From: Roseovarius sp.
GTDB lineage: Bacteria; Pseudomonadota; Alphaproteobacteria; Rhodobacterales; Rhodobacteraceae
Assembly (NCBI GenBank): GCA_027493545.1
Contig: JAOSKR010000003.1
Location: 117,360-181,359 of the forward strand
Length of the DNA: 64,000 nucleotides
Direction: 5' to 3'
In this document: one piece after another, positions 30,275 to 39,206 of the stretch
Numbering within the stretch: the stretch's first letter is position 1
Layout: each line of letters starts with the position of its first letter
Position numbers and translations under genes: made by a program
Notes under the pieces: generated by a model
The model's input: only the letters and a program-made list of their open reading frames with translations
What the model was told of the DNA's origin: nothing
Database searches by the model: none

Positions 30275-31855
30275 TCACTCGGGGCTTTCGAGCTTGCGGA
30301 TCCGCTCCAGTATCGCGGCCTTCTCTCGCAACTGGGTGTCGGCATCGCGGATGCGGATCCCCTGGCGGAGCAGATGCGACCAGGCATTGGTGTAGGTGAA
30401 GCCACCCGGGTTGGCATGGGCCACGCCCTTGAAGACGCTCATCAGGCGTTGTTCCCACATCTCGGTGAACTCGTAGTCGATCGCCGAAGGGTTGTTGCCG
30501 TCGGCCCAGAAGAGCGAGTAGAAACCACCGGGAGCATCCTTGGCCGGCTCCGGCGGCAACGGACGGTTGGTGGTCTGGCCCACCAGCAGCTTGTCGTCAT
30601 AGAGAGCCTGCATGACCGTGCGCGCCTCTTCCACTTCGTCGACCGCATCGATCGTGACCTGGTCGATGATCTCGAAGTAGCTGCGGGCGAAGCTGTCGGA
30701 ATGGCACTGGCCGCAGGTCGCGATCCAGGATTCCTTGCGGCCCTCGAACCATTCATGCCCGAGATTGTCGGCGATGGATTTCATCGGCTGGAACCCCCAG
30801 CGGACCTTCTGAACGAGGTTGTGGCCGTACTCGCCGTCCTTCTCGAAGTGGCAGGTCTGGCAGGTCGGGCCGGTCTGGCCGCCCTTCTCGAAGGCTTCCT
30901 TGAGAGGCAGTTCCCAATCCCATTCGTCGCCATGGGCAGTATAGATCACGCCGTGCTTGGACATCATGAAGTTCTCGAACTCGGGGTGATCGACACCGTT
31001 GTGGCAGGTCGAGCAGGCTTCGGGCTTGCGTGCCTCCACGGCCGAGAATTCATGCCGCGTGTGGCAGGAATTGCAGGTGTTCTGCGAGGTGTGACACATG
31101 GTGCAGCCCTCGGCCACCTCGCGTTCCTCCATGCCGGCCCAGATCGCGGTCTCGTAGTTGGCCAGCATCGCGAGCGCGTGCGAAGGCCGCCCGTCGGGCC
31201 ATTGCCCCTGTGGCCAGATCGCGGTGTCACGTTCGGATTCGCGTTCCGCGAACTGCTGTAGATGGCACTGACCGCAATCGCCAGCATCGGGCATGCGCAG
31301 ATCGGTCTTGTGATTGCCGGCCTTGGTGCCGATGCCCATGTGGCAATCGATGCAGCCTACCTCCTCGAGCTGTTCGCCCTCGTTCAGCAGACCCATCGAG
31401 ACCAGGTTGGTCTCGACCTGCGCGATGATTTCCTGCTTGTAGAACCGTGAATCGGCTTCGGTCAGTTCGCGGATTTCGTCGAGGTCGCTGTGGACGCTCT
31501 TTTCCCAGGAATGGACCCAGCCCGGCGTCACCCCCTGGTGACATTCGACGCATTCGCGTGCCGTGACTTCGAAATCCAGGTCGGGCCCCTCGTAGAAGAG
31601 CCCCGGGCTCATGTATTTCGAAAACTCTATCGGCTCCCACAGATCGGCGAAGGCGCCCTTGCTGTAGCCCTGAGCGGGCTCGCGGTAGCGCTTCACGATC
31701 GCCTCGTAGAGCACGTTGGGCGCGGCGTTGCGCTCCAGCCCGAGCGCATCGAACAATTCATCCGGGATTTCAGCCTGCGCAGGCGGCACCAGGGCTGCCA
31801 GCGCCAGACATGCCCCCCCCGCAACGGCTCTCATCCATTCTCCCAAGCCGGTCAT
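30275..31855 (-). CDS. haoA: octahaem cytochrome c, hydroxylamine oxidoreductase (HAO) family
   Basis: 526 aa. Signal peptide ...LVPPAQA/EIP. Eight CxxCH motifs (CVECH, CIDCH, CGQCH, CTMCH, CNSCH, CSTCH, CQTCH, CGQCH). Blocks FAERESERDT, GRPSHAL, REVAEGCTMCHT, CHTRHEFSA, RKPEAC and SKHG read like Nitrosomonas HAO as I recall it. NPGGFTYTNAW retains the cross-link Tyr (codon 30392-30394). Confidence 0.9.
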   Translation of the reverse strand: MTGLGEWMRAVAGGACLALAALVPPAQAEIPDELFDALGLERNAAPNVLYEAIVKRYREPAQGYSKGAFADLWEPIEFSKYMSPGLFYEGPDLDFEVTARECVECHQGVTPGWVHSWEKSVHSDLDEIRELTEADSRFYKQEIIAQVETNLVSMGLLNEGEQLEEVGCIDCHMGIGTKAGNHKTDLRMPDAGDCGQCHLQQFAERESERDTAIWPQGQWPDGRPSHALAMLANYETAIWAGMEEREVAEGCTMCHTSQNTCNSCHTRHEFSAVEARKPEACSTCHNGVDHPEFENFMMSKHGVIYTAHGDEWDWELPLKEAFEKGGQTGPTCQTCHFEKDGEYGHNLVQKVRWGFQPMKSIADNLGHEWFEGRKESWIATCGQCHSDSFARSYFEIIDQVTIDAVDEVEEARTVMQALYDDKLLVGQTTNRPLPPEPAKDAPGGFYSLFWADGNNPSAIDYEFTEMWEQRLMSVFKGVAHANPGGFTYTNAWSHLLRQGIRIRDADTQLREKAAILERIRKLESPE

Positions 31856-31927
31856 GTTTCTCTCCCTTCCGCTTCGGGGCCACGCGCATGGCCTCGCCGG
31901 GCATGATGCCGCAAAGGCGGGATTCCC

Positions 31928-32130
31928 CTAGACCCGACAGGGTGGAAAGATTTGGGTCCGGTGGTTCATCTCCCATGCTCGCCGCTCACGCGGGCCGATC
32001 ACCCGCGCGGTTCGGGCGCACAGGCCTTCGACGCCGCGCAGCGAGAGCGGGAAACGAGTATCCATCATCACCGCAAGGCGGATGACCTCGGGGCTGGTCC
32101 GGAAATGGCGAGGGGGTTGGGCTTGCCCAT
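31928..32130 (-). mobile_element. IS6-family transposase gene remnant (N-terminal ~55 codons, frameshifted and truncated)
   Basis: The reverse strand reads MGKPNP..(shift)..RHFRTSPEVIRLAVMMDTRFPLSLRGVEGL..., resembling the FR.F.TSPE(I/V)IRLAVM.Y.RFPLSLR.VEDLL N-terminus of IS6/IS26-family transposases. Recognisable sequence stops well short of the expected length, about 70 nt before the haoA start. Confidence 0.5.
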
Positions 32131-32237
32131 TCCGGCAGGGCAGGGCAGGGCGGTCCCTGTTGGAGCGCGAGCCACGCCGCGTTTACCGGCCCCTTTTCCG
32201 GCATCGGGAATTGAAGCGAGCTTGTGCCGCGTACCGG

Positions 32238-33625
32238 TCAGGCGAAGGTTTCGTCCAGCCAGTCCATCGAAACGGCGGCTGAATAGCCGAGATTCATGGT
32301 TTGGCAATGGCCGTCCGCCCCCTCCTCTTCGGTAAAGAGGTAATTCGATGCCGGTCCCGATATGCCATCGCAGAACCGGCTGAACTGGGCGAGCGGTTCT
32401 GGCCTTCGCCGCTGCCCACCGGGGCGAGCGCCGGGCAGCTGATTTGTGACAGCGCATCGTCGACCCGGAAGTCGCGCAGGCGAAGATAGGTCTTCTTGAA
32501 GCTCTCCCGGCCAAAACGCAGGATGAGGTTGCGCGCCATCAGTCGTTGCTGAGGCGTGGCCTCCTCGGGTGGTATGTGGTCGATGTCGGCGGCGCTGAAA
32601 TCCTCCGTGTCCGGCAGTTCGGCCGGATCGAAGCCGACAAACGAGCTCATGTAGGCGTGAAGGTCGAGGATCGGCGAGTTGGCGATGAGCGCCCGTATTC
32701 GCGGCTCATGCACCGCCGAGCGCGTGGCGAAATAGCCGCCGAAGCTGATCCCCATGAGCGCCACCCGCGCCGGATCGGTCTCGGGGCGGGTCAGCAGATG
32801 GTCGAGCGCCGCGGCGGTGACGCGCTCAAAGTCCGGGATGAAGGCAAGATCGGGATGGAAGCGCAGCGTGTCCATCTGGCCGGGGCCGGCGAAGAGCAGA
32901 AGAGCATATCCGCGCTCGAGCGCGGCGCGGCCGTAGCACAGATAGGTTTCCTCGAGCGTACCGTCGTAGCCGCTGACGATCATGAGTGTGCCGGCCGTTG
33001 CGCCGGATTTGCCGGGCCGCATGTAATAGGCGGGCAGCGGTGTGTCACCGAAGGGCAGGGAGAGGGTTTCAAAGGAGTGATCCGCGAACCGCATGGCGGC
33101 CAGAAAACATTCCCGGCTTTTCAATCCGTATTCGAGGTGAGCCGGATCGGCGACGCTGGTGTAGTACTCGGCGGCGCGCCATGAGTTGGAGGCGACGAGA
33201 TACTGATCGCGGGCGCTGACGGAATGTTTCCGTTCCGCCCGTTTCCGCGCATCCGCTTCCTGACGCCCGGCCTGCGCCGCGAATGCCGCAACCCAGCTCG
33301 CGGGGACGCCGCTCTCGATCCGCTGCGCCGCGGCCAGACATTCGCCCACCGATGCGCCGCCATAACGCGCTGCGCCCAATTGCCGCATCAGCTGGAAATC
33401 CATTTCGGCATCGGCAAAACCCTGCACCCGCGTCCTGCCGCGCTCGAGTCCCGCATGCGCGGCTGTATCATCGTTCATGTCTGCCTCCGTGTCCGTTTTT
33501 CCGCCGCCGCCCGACGGCAACACCGCGGATGGAAAAACCGCGGTCATGGCGCCTGCCGCCGCGCTGGTCATGAACCGGCGGCGCGAAAGGGATGGCAGGA
33601 GGCAGGCCGTCATTATATCCCGCAT
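32238..33625 (-). pseudogene. Tat-exported alpha/beta-fold hydrolase, one frameshift near the 3' end
   Basis: ORF 32294..33691 has the twin-arginine signal LSRRRFMTSAAAGAM and the nucleophile elbow GISFGGYFA. After ...SQISCPALA the natural continuation ...PLAQFSRFCDGISGPASNYLFTEEEGADGHCQTMNLGYSAAVSMDWLDETFA-stop (tca 32238-32240) is in another frame. The junction is near 32390. Confidence 0.7.
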
Positions 33626-33766
33626 GAAAAGCTCGTCTCCGTCGCAAGGTGCGAATAATCCGTACAGGCCGGCATTTCCCGGGTGCCGCACCGTGACGTC
33701 AGGATTGCGTGATCTTGCTTTTCGGTCAAGACCGCCGGACCCACGGCAAGCCGGTGCGGCAAAAGC

Positions 33767-34726
33767 CTATCTCGTCATGCCGCCGATCTTTTCGGCCGCC
33801 TTGTCGGCGATCAGTTCTTGCGCGGCATGGCTGAGGTGATCGCCATCCCAGAAGAGATAGCCGACGGCATCCGCGCAAGGCGTTCCATGCTCGGTGATCG
33901 GCCCCGCATAACAGGGCTCGATGATCTGCGTGAAGCCGAAGCGGGCAGGATCGCTGGCAATAGCGCCCGTAACCGAAGCCGTGTCGAACAGGGTAACCGG
34001 GACATCAAGTTCGTTTCGCATCCGTTCGATGAGCGCGGCAAGCCGTGCATTGTGGTCGGCTGTGTTGATCGCGTCCCAGGCTTGCGACCCGGCGGCTCTG
34101 GCTTCGGGGAAAACGAGATCCTCGTTGATATTGGCCACGAGGAACTGGCGGGCCCCGGCTTTTGCCAGCAGACGGATCGTGCTCTCGATATTGGCGATGG
34201 CGCGCCCCACCGCCTGCGGGTCCACACTGTCGACATTGGCGTAATCGTTATCGCCCGCCCAGACGACGAACAACGTATCGGGTGCAGCCTTTCCGCCGGC
34301 GGCCAGATATGCCTCCGCCTGCGCCAGCATTCCTGTCTCTTGCAGGGCGCGGGCCAGAGTCGTACCGGGAGCCATGTCGGAAACACGATTGCCGTATCCC
34401 GTATAGGCACCGCCTACCGCATGATTTGCATAGCGCTCGGCGGGAATGTCCAGACGGTCGCGCAATATCTCGGCCCACACCGGACCGTTGCTGAAACGCC
34501 CCTCCCAGAAAGGCGGGCTTGCGGGAAAGAATTTTCCGCTGATGCGCCACGCATTGCCGTCATCGCTGTTGCTATCGCCGAAGACTTCCAGGCCGCCGAC
34601 CGTCTGCCCTCCGGCGAGAGCCGGAAAGGGCGCGCATATCACCGCGAGCAGCAGGATGCGGATCGCTCCGCGCAAACGCCGCGCACCCGGCGCAGCCAAT
34701 GCCGTTATCGAATGCCATTCAGCCAT
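33767..34726 (-). CDS. secreted SGNH/GDSL-family hydrolase (lipase/esterase)
   Basis: ATG at 34726 follows GGGAGAAGCAGGG. Signal ...ILLLAVICAPFPALAGG, then block I EVFGDSNSDDGN, GGAYTG, and the C-terminal LFWDGDHLSHAA (DxxH). Confidence 0.8.
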   Translation of the reverse strand: MAEWHSITALAAPGARRLRGAIRILLLAVICAPFPALAGGQTVGGLEVFGDSNSDDGNAWRISGKFFPASPPFWEGRFSNGPVWAEILRDRLDIPAERYANHAVGGAYTGYGNRVSDMAPGTTLARALQETGMLAQAEAYLAAGGKAAPDTLFVVWAGDNDYANVDSVDPQAVGRAIANIESTIRLLAKAGARQFLVANINEDLVFPEARAAGSQAWDAINTADHNARLAALIERMRNELDVPVTLFDTASVTGAIASDPARFGFTQIIEPCYAGPITEHGTPCADAVGYLFWDGDHLSHAAQELIADKAAEKIGGMTR

Positions 34727-35372
34727 CCCTGCTTCTCCCTTTCGGCACCGTTCACCCGGCCAGGCGGTACGCGCCTCACGCCGGCCTATGTCGCCCCATC
34801 CCCCAGGTCCGGACTCCAATTCCATCGCCGCCATAGCGGGTGCCGGACCCGCAATCAAGGCGGGTAAGCACACGGCGGGCCTCGCCTTCAATGAAGGTCG
34901 CGGTATTGGTGACGTCGCGTTTTCCGATTGCACCGCGGCAGTGTCCGCCGCCGCCGGTTTTCCTTGCCACGTTCATGGCATTTGTATCACGTGCCGAAAT
35001 CATCCTTCCACAAGACCTCTGCACGACTGGCGATATTCTGAACATTTCAGATTTTGCCCTGCGCCGCCTCTTTTGTGGTTGCCGCCCGTGATGCAGGAAG
35101 CTTTCTCCGCCTGATTGTGTGATCGAGTGCGGTCTTCTGCAAGGCCTTTTCCCGCGACGTTCATCATGTCGCTGGCCGGTATGGTGATCAGCGAAACGGC
35201 CCATCCAGACCGGGATCGGCGCGAGAGCTCGGACCTCGCGCTGCGTGCGGCTGATCGCCGCCTGTGCCGCTGGTTCTGTGCCATTCGTTGCGGGATGGGC
35301 GTGTTTGTGCTAGTGATGCGATTACTCAATAGCCGGCGCGGGCCCCGCGCGGAACACGAAAGGGCATGAGCC

Positions 35373-35810
35373 ATGATCTTGCGTGTGCTGTCTGTCGCCT
35401 GTCTGCTTCCCGCCACCACCGCTTGGGCCGGCGTGGCGCCACCTCCCCCGCGGATCCCGTTCAACATCGTCAAGACCGACCCGACACTCTATCTCGGCCT
35501 TGTCTGGACCTTCGGCGTCGGGGGTGGCATGCACAGCAGCGGCACGCCCGGCGTGACGCTCAAGCTCCTCTCGACCAACAAGCACGATTCCCTGGCCGCC
35601 GCCGGCGGTGTCACCTACAATTTCGATAACACCTTCGGCTGCGACCTCGGCCTCGGCTACAACTTCAGCGGGGCGGCGATGACCATGAGCTGGGATTTCT
35701 GCCGCAGGGGGCCGCAGTTCGGTTTCGGTGCCCTCACCAAGGAGCAGAAGACGGTCACCACCTTTGTCGCTGGCGGAGGCGGCAATCCCCCTCCTCCCCC
35801 TCCACCGTGA
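35373..35810 (+). CDS. small secreted beta-rich protein of unknown function with a Gly4-Asn-Pro7 C-terminus
   Basis: 145 aa. Signal MILRVLSVACLLPATTAWA/GV. Alternating Gly/aromatic pattern (GVTYNFDNTFGCDLGLGYNFSG) and tail GGGGNPPPPPPP. No family recognised. Confidence 0.5.
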   Translation: MILRVLSVACLLPATTAWAGVAPPPPRIPFNIVKTDPTLYLGLVWTFGVGGGMHSSGTPGVTLKLLSTNKHDSLAAAGGVTYNFDNTFGCDLGLGYNFSGAAMTMSWDFCRRGPQFGFGALTKEQKTVTTFVAGGGGNPPPPPPP

Positions 35811-35831
35811 CACCCACGTTGGCTGGTCGTG

Positions 35832-36314
35832 ATGTCCCGTCATCGCGTCACGCGCCGCAGGCTCCTGGCGTCGTCACTGACGGCTAGCCTTGGCCTGCTG
35901 ACCCTGCCTGCCGCGGCCGAGGATGCCGGCACCGACGCCATGGCCTCGCTCGGTGCGGTGCTCGACGGCCTGTTGCCGGCCGACGCGCTGTCGCCGTCGG
36001 CGACGGAGCTGGGCGTGGATGACGAGTTGCGCACCTTCCTTGCCGGGCAGGAGATGCTCACACGGCTGATCTCGCTGGGGCTCGGCTGGATGGACCGGAT
36101 CGGCGGGCGGCCGTTCCGCGAGCTTTCACCCATGCGGCAGGCGGCGATCCTCGCCCAGATGGAAGCGTCCGACCCCAACCATATCCCCGGCCGCTGCTAC
36201 CACATCCTGCGCGCGCTGGCCGTCGAATTCTACTATGCGCGCGCCGAGGCACTGGGCGGGCTGCCGCTCGATCCGGCCCCGCAGCCGCACGGCTATCCGC
36301 CGCCATGGGGATAA
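35832..36314 (+). CDS. gluconate 2-dehydrogenase subunit-3-family small subunit (Tat signal)
   Basis: MSRHRVTRRRLLASSLTASLGLLTLPAAA is a twin-arginine leader, followed by ...FRELSPMRQAAILAQME...FYYAR... It overlaps the start of the GMC flavoprotein gene (ATG 36305). Confidence 0.7.
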   Translation: MSRHRVTRRRLLASSLTASLGLLTLPAAAEDAGTDAMASLGAVLDGLLPADALSPSATELGVDDELRTFLAGQEMLTRLISLGLGWMDRIGGRPFRELSPMRQAAILAQMEASDPNHIPGRCYHILRALAVEFYYARAEALGGLPLDPAPQPHGYPPPWG

Positions 36315-37989
36315 GCGGGGGCCATGACGCGGTGGTGATCGGATCGGGCGCGGGCGGGGCCGCGGCCGCGTGGCGGTTGTGCGCGCACGGTCTGCGGGTG
36401 CTCGTGCTCGAGGCGGGTCCGGCCTTCGATCCCGCCCGCGACTATCCGCAAGACCGCCCGGGATGGGAACTGCGGGGCTTTCCCGAACGCCCCGGCAGCC
36501 GGGCCGTCGTCAGCTACGGCGATCTCGGGCAGCTTGATCCGGCGGATGCGGACCTCGGTTCATGGTCGCGCGCCGGCTTTCCCTGGCGGCTGCCCGCGGG
36601 CGCGCCGCGTCCGCCGTCGGGGCGCGGCTATAGCCATGTCCTGGGGGTGGGCGGCAGTACGCTGCACTTCGTGGGCGAGCAGCACCGGCTGCATCCCGAT
36701 GCCTTTCGCCTGTTCAGCCTGACCGGCAAGGGTGCCGACTGGCCGATCGCCTATGACGATCTCGAACCCTATTACACCATCGCCGAGGAAATGCAGCTGG
36801 TCGCCGGCGCGGGCGCAGCCCCGGGGCGTTGGCGCAGCCGCGGCTTTGCGCAAAGCGCCCATCCGCTCGGCCCCGGGGCGCGCGCGGTCGTGGCGGCGGG
36901 ACGGCGGCTCGGCCAGGACTGGCAGGTGAACCCGCGCGCCACCCTGTCCGCGCCCGACGCCGGCCGCCCCGCCTGCAACTACTGCGGGCAATGCGCGCGC
37001 GGCTGCCCCCTGGGCGACAAGGGGTCGGTCGAGGTCACCTTCCTGCGCGTGGCCGCCGCCACCGGACGGCTCGATCTTGTCAGCGATGCCACGGTGACGC
37101 GGCTCCACGCCGGTCCGGACGGGCGGATCACCCATCTTGACGCGATCGTTGACGGGCAGGGCGAGAGCATCGAGACGCCGCTCGTCGTGCTCGCCGCGGG
37201 GGCGGTTCAGACGCCGCGCCTGCTGCTGCTTTCGGCGGATGCCGATCATCCGCAGGGTATCGCCAATTCCTCGGGCGAGGTCGGGCGCAACTTCATGGAA
37301 ACCCTGTCGTGGCAGACGACAGGGCTGGTCGCGGGGCTCAGCGGCAGCCATCTCGGCCTGCCCGACGACGCCATCTGCTGGGACATGGCGGCACCGGGGC
37401 GGGTGCCGGGCCATGCCGGCGGCTTCGTGCTGAAGCATACGACAGTCGAGACCGGGCTGAACGGGCCGATTGCCTATGCCACGCGGCTGGTGGCGGGTTT
37501 CGGCGCTTCGCTCAAGACGGCCCTGCGCGCGCGGTTCGGCAGTGCGCTGAGCGTCGGGGCGGTCGGACAGCTGATCCCCGATGAGCAAGCCCGCGTCGGC
37601 CTCGACCCCGGACTGCGCGATGCCCACGGGCTGCCCGCCGCGCGCATCGAATCCGTGCTGACGGCCGAGAGCCGCGCGCTCCTGCGCGAGATGGCCGGCG
37701 CCGTTCGCACCCTGCTGGCGGAGGCGGGGGCGGAACCGGTCGAAGAAACCGGCAGCCGTGATGCCTTTGCGGCGCCGCATGTCTTGGGCACTGCCCGCAT
37801 GGGCGGCGATGCCGGCCGTTCGGTGGTGGGCCCCGACGCGCGCGCCCATGATCATCCCAACCTGTGGATTGCTGACGCCAGCATCTTTCCGACATCGGGG
37901 GCGGTGAATCGCCGAGCCTCACGATCATGGCGCTGGCCATCCGCGCCGCCGATGCGATCACCGGCAACATGATCGTGTCGGGACAGTGA
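36305..37989 (+). pseudogene. GMC-family FAD oxidoreductase (flavoprotein subunit), one frameshift near the 3' end
   Basis: GHDAVVIGSGAGGAAAAWRL dinucleotide fold and ...CNYCGQCARGCPLGDK...HVLGTARMGGD...NLWIADASIFPTSG. After the G5 run 37897-37901, the natural end GGESPSLTIMALAIRAADAITGNMIVSGQ-stop (37987-37989) is in the +1 frame; a G6 would restore it. Confidence 0.8.
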
Positions 37990-38505
37990 GCCTCGTTTTC
38001 GTTGCCGGTGGCGGGGAACAGGGGGATTTGCCGCCGCTGCATGCCGGTGGAAAAGCTGGCCGCCATGTGCCACGACAACCACACGGCGACGATGATCGCC
38101 GCCCCGTGAACGAGCAACACCAGCCATGAAGAAGCCGGTGGACGCCTGCTCCTGCACGACTTCATGGGACGCTGCCGTCAACTGGTCTCAAGCCAGGTTG
38201 CTCACTGCCTGCCACGGAATTCCCAGACAACAGGTTGCTCGATCCGACAATTCAGGACGCGGGCGGCCAGCAAGGGCGTCGGTGGCCAACGCGCGAACTG
38301 CATGCACTGCCGGCGCGGCGGGGAAGGCTGTGTCCGGAATGCAGCAAAGCCGCGGTCCCTGGGTGCAGACTGATCCAGGTAAGTGCGGCGCGCAGGCCGA
38401 GCCGTCAGACTTTGGAGGACTGCCCGCGAATGGTATTGGCTCGGGGGCATCGACACACCCTGCCAATGCACTGCCGGCAGGTTCCGCTTGAAAGATCGAT
38501 TTGAC

Positions 38506-38718
38506 ATGACACAGACAAGGATCACCGGCTTCGTCGTCCTCTCCGTCGGCGCCGTGTTTCTTTACTTCGCCTGGCGGGGATCGAACGCACCGGTCGATCA
38601 ACTCTCCGAGGTGCTGACCGGTCGCTACACAGCCAACACGATGTGGTATCTGCTTGGCGGGTTGATCGGCGTCGTGGCGGGTGGCGCGCTGCTATACCGG
38701 GGCTACCCCCGCGGCTGA
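38506..38718 (+). CDS. DUF3185-like small two-TM membrane protein
   Basis: MTQTRITGFVVLSVGAVFLYFAWRGSNAPVDQLSEVLTGRYTANTMWYLLGGLIGVVAGGALLY (70 aa) is the internal ATG of ORF 38383..38718. Confidence 0.6.
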   Translation: MTQTRITGFVVLSVGAVFLYFAWRGSNAPVDQLSEVLTGRYTANTMWYLLGGLIGVVAGGALLYRGYPRG

Positions 38719-39014
38719 TCGGTGTTCCCGCGCCGGGGGCGTGTCATTTGGCCAGATACGCGGTGACAGTGCGATGGAGATGCCCGACCGGCGGCCTGGC
38801 TGCAAGCATCAGCGCCGCCCCGATCCTGCAGATGAACCGCAGGCGGGGCTGGATCACCCGGTCGACCGGGTTGAAAAGCCTCTCCCCGCCGGTATCCCGT
38901 CCCGATCCCGCGTGTGCCACGTTTCGCCCACCTGTCGCCCCCCCGGGGGTGCCATTTTTGAATGGCCGGTCCGCCATCGGTCCGGCCCGGACTCATCCCC
39001 GAAGGAGCTTTTTC

Positions 39015-39206
39015 ATGTCACTCATCAATCTGGTCATCACGCTGGTCGTCGTCGGTGTGGGGCTTTGGGCGGTCAACACCTATGTCCCGATGGATCGCAA
39101 GATAAAGTCCATCCTGAACCTGGTTGTCGTAATCGCCGTCGTCGTATGGCTCCTGCGCGCTCTTGGTGTGTTGGGTGACATTGGCGGAATGCGCATCGGT
39201 GGCTGA
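39015..39206 (+). CDS. small hydrophobic membrane protein (Thivi_2564-like)
   Basis: ATG at 39015 follows GAAGGAG. MSLINLVITLVVVGVGLWAVNTYVPMDRKIKSILNLVVVIAVVVWLLRALGVLG (63 aa). Confidence 0.6.
   Translation: MSLINLVITLVVVGVGLWAVNTYVPMDRKIKSILNLVVVIAVVVWLLRALGVLGDIGGMRIGG

Noticed and set aside
34776-35473. ORFs 34776..35204 (-), 35000..35473 (-), 34840..35091 (+) and 35115..35369 (+) in the lower-GC gap.
   Set aside because: They are mutually overlapping, with Arg/Gly/Ser-rich composition, no start context and no family resemblance. The region is treated as non-coding (see finding).
37990-38165. Minus-strand ORF start MKSCRSRRPPASSWLVLLVHGAAIIVAVWLSW... (part of ORF 37512..38165), a possible small TM protein after the GMC gene.
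   Set aside because: The frame has no stop until it has run about 480 nt antisense into the GMC oxidoreductase gene. There is no RBS and no recognisable family. It would be credible only if yet another frameshift were assumed.
38744-38977. 77-aa minus-strand ORF (…ERLFNPVDRVIQPRLRFICRIGAALMLAARPP…) in the 296-nt gap between the two small membrane-protein genes.
   Set aside because: The N-terminal half is Gly/Arg-rich. There is no RBS and no family is recognised. It may be a gene relic, but that cannot be supported from sequence alone.
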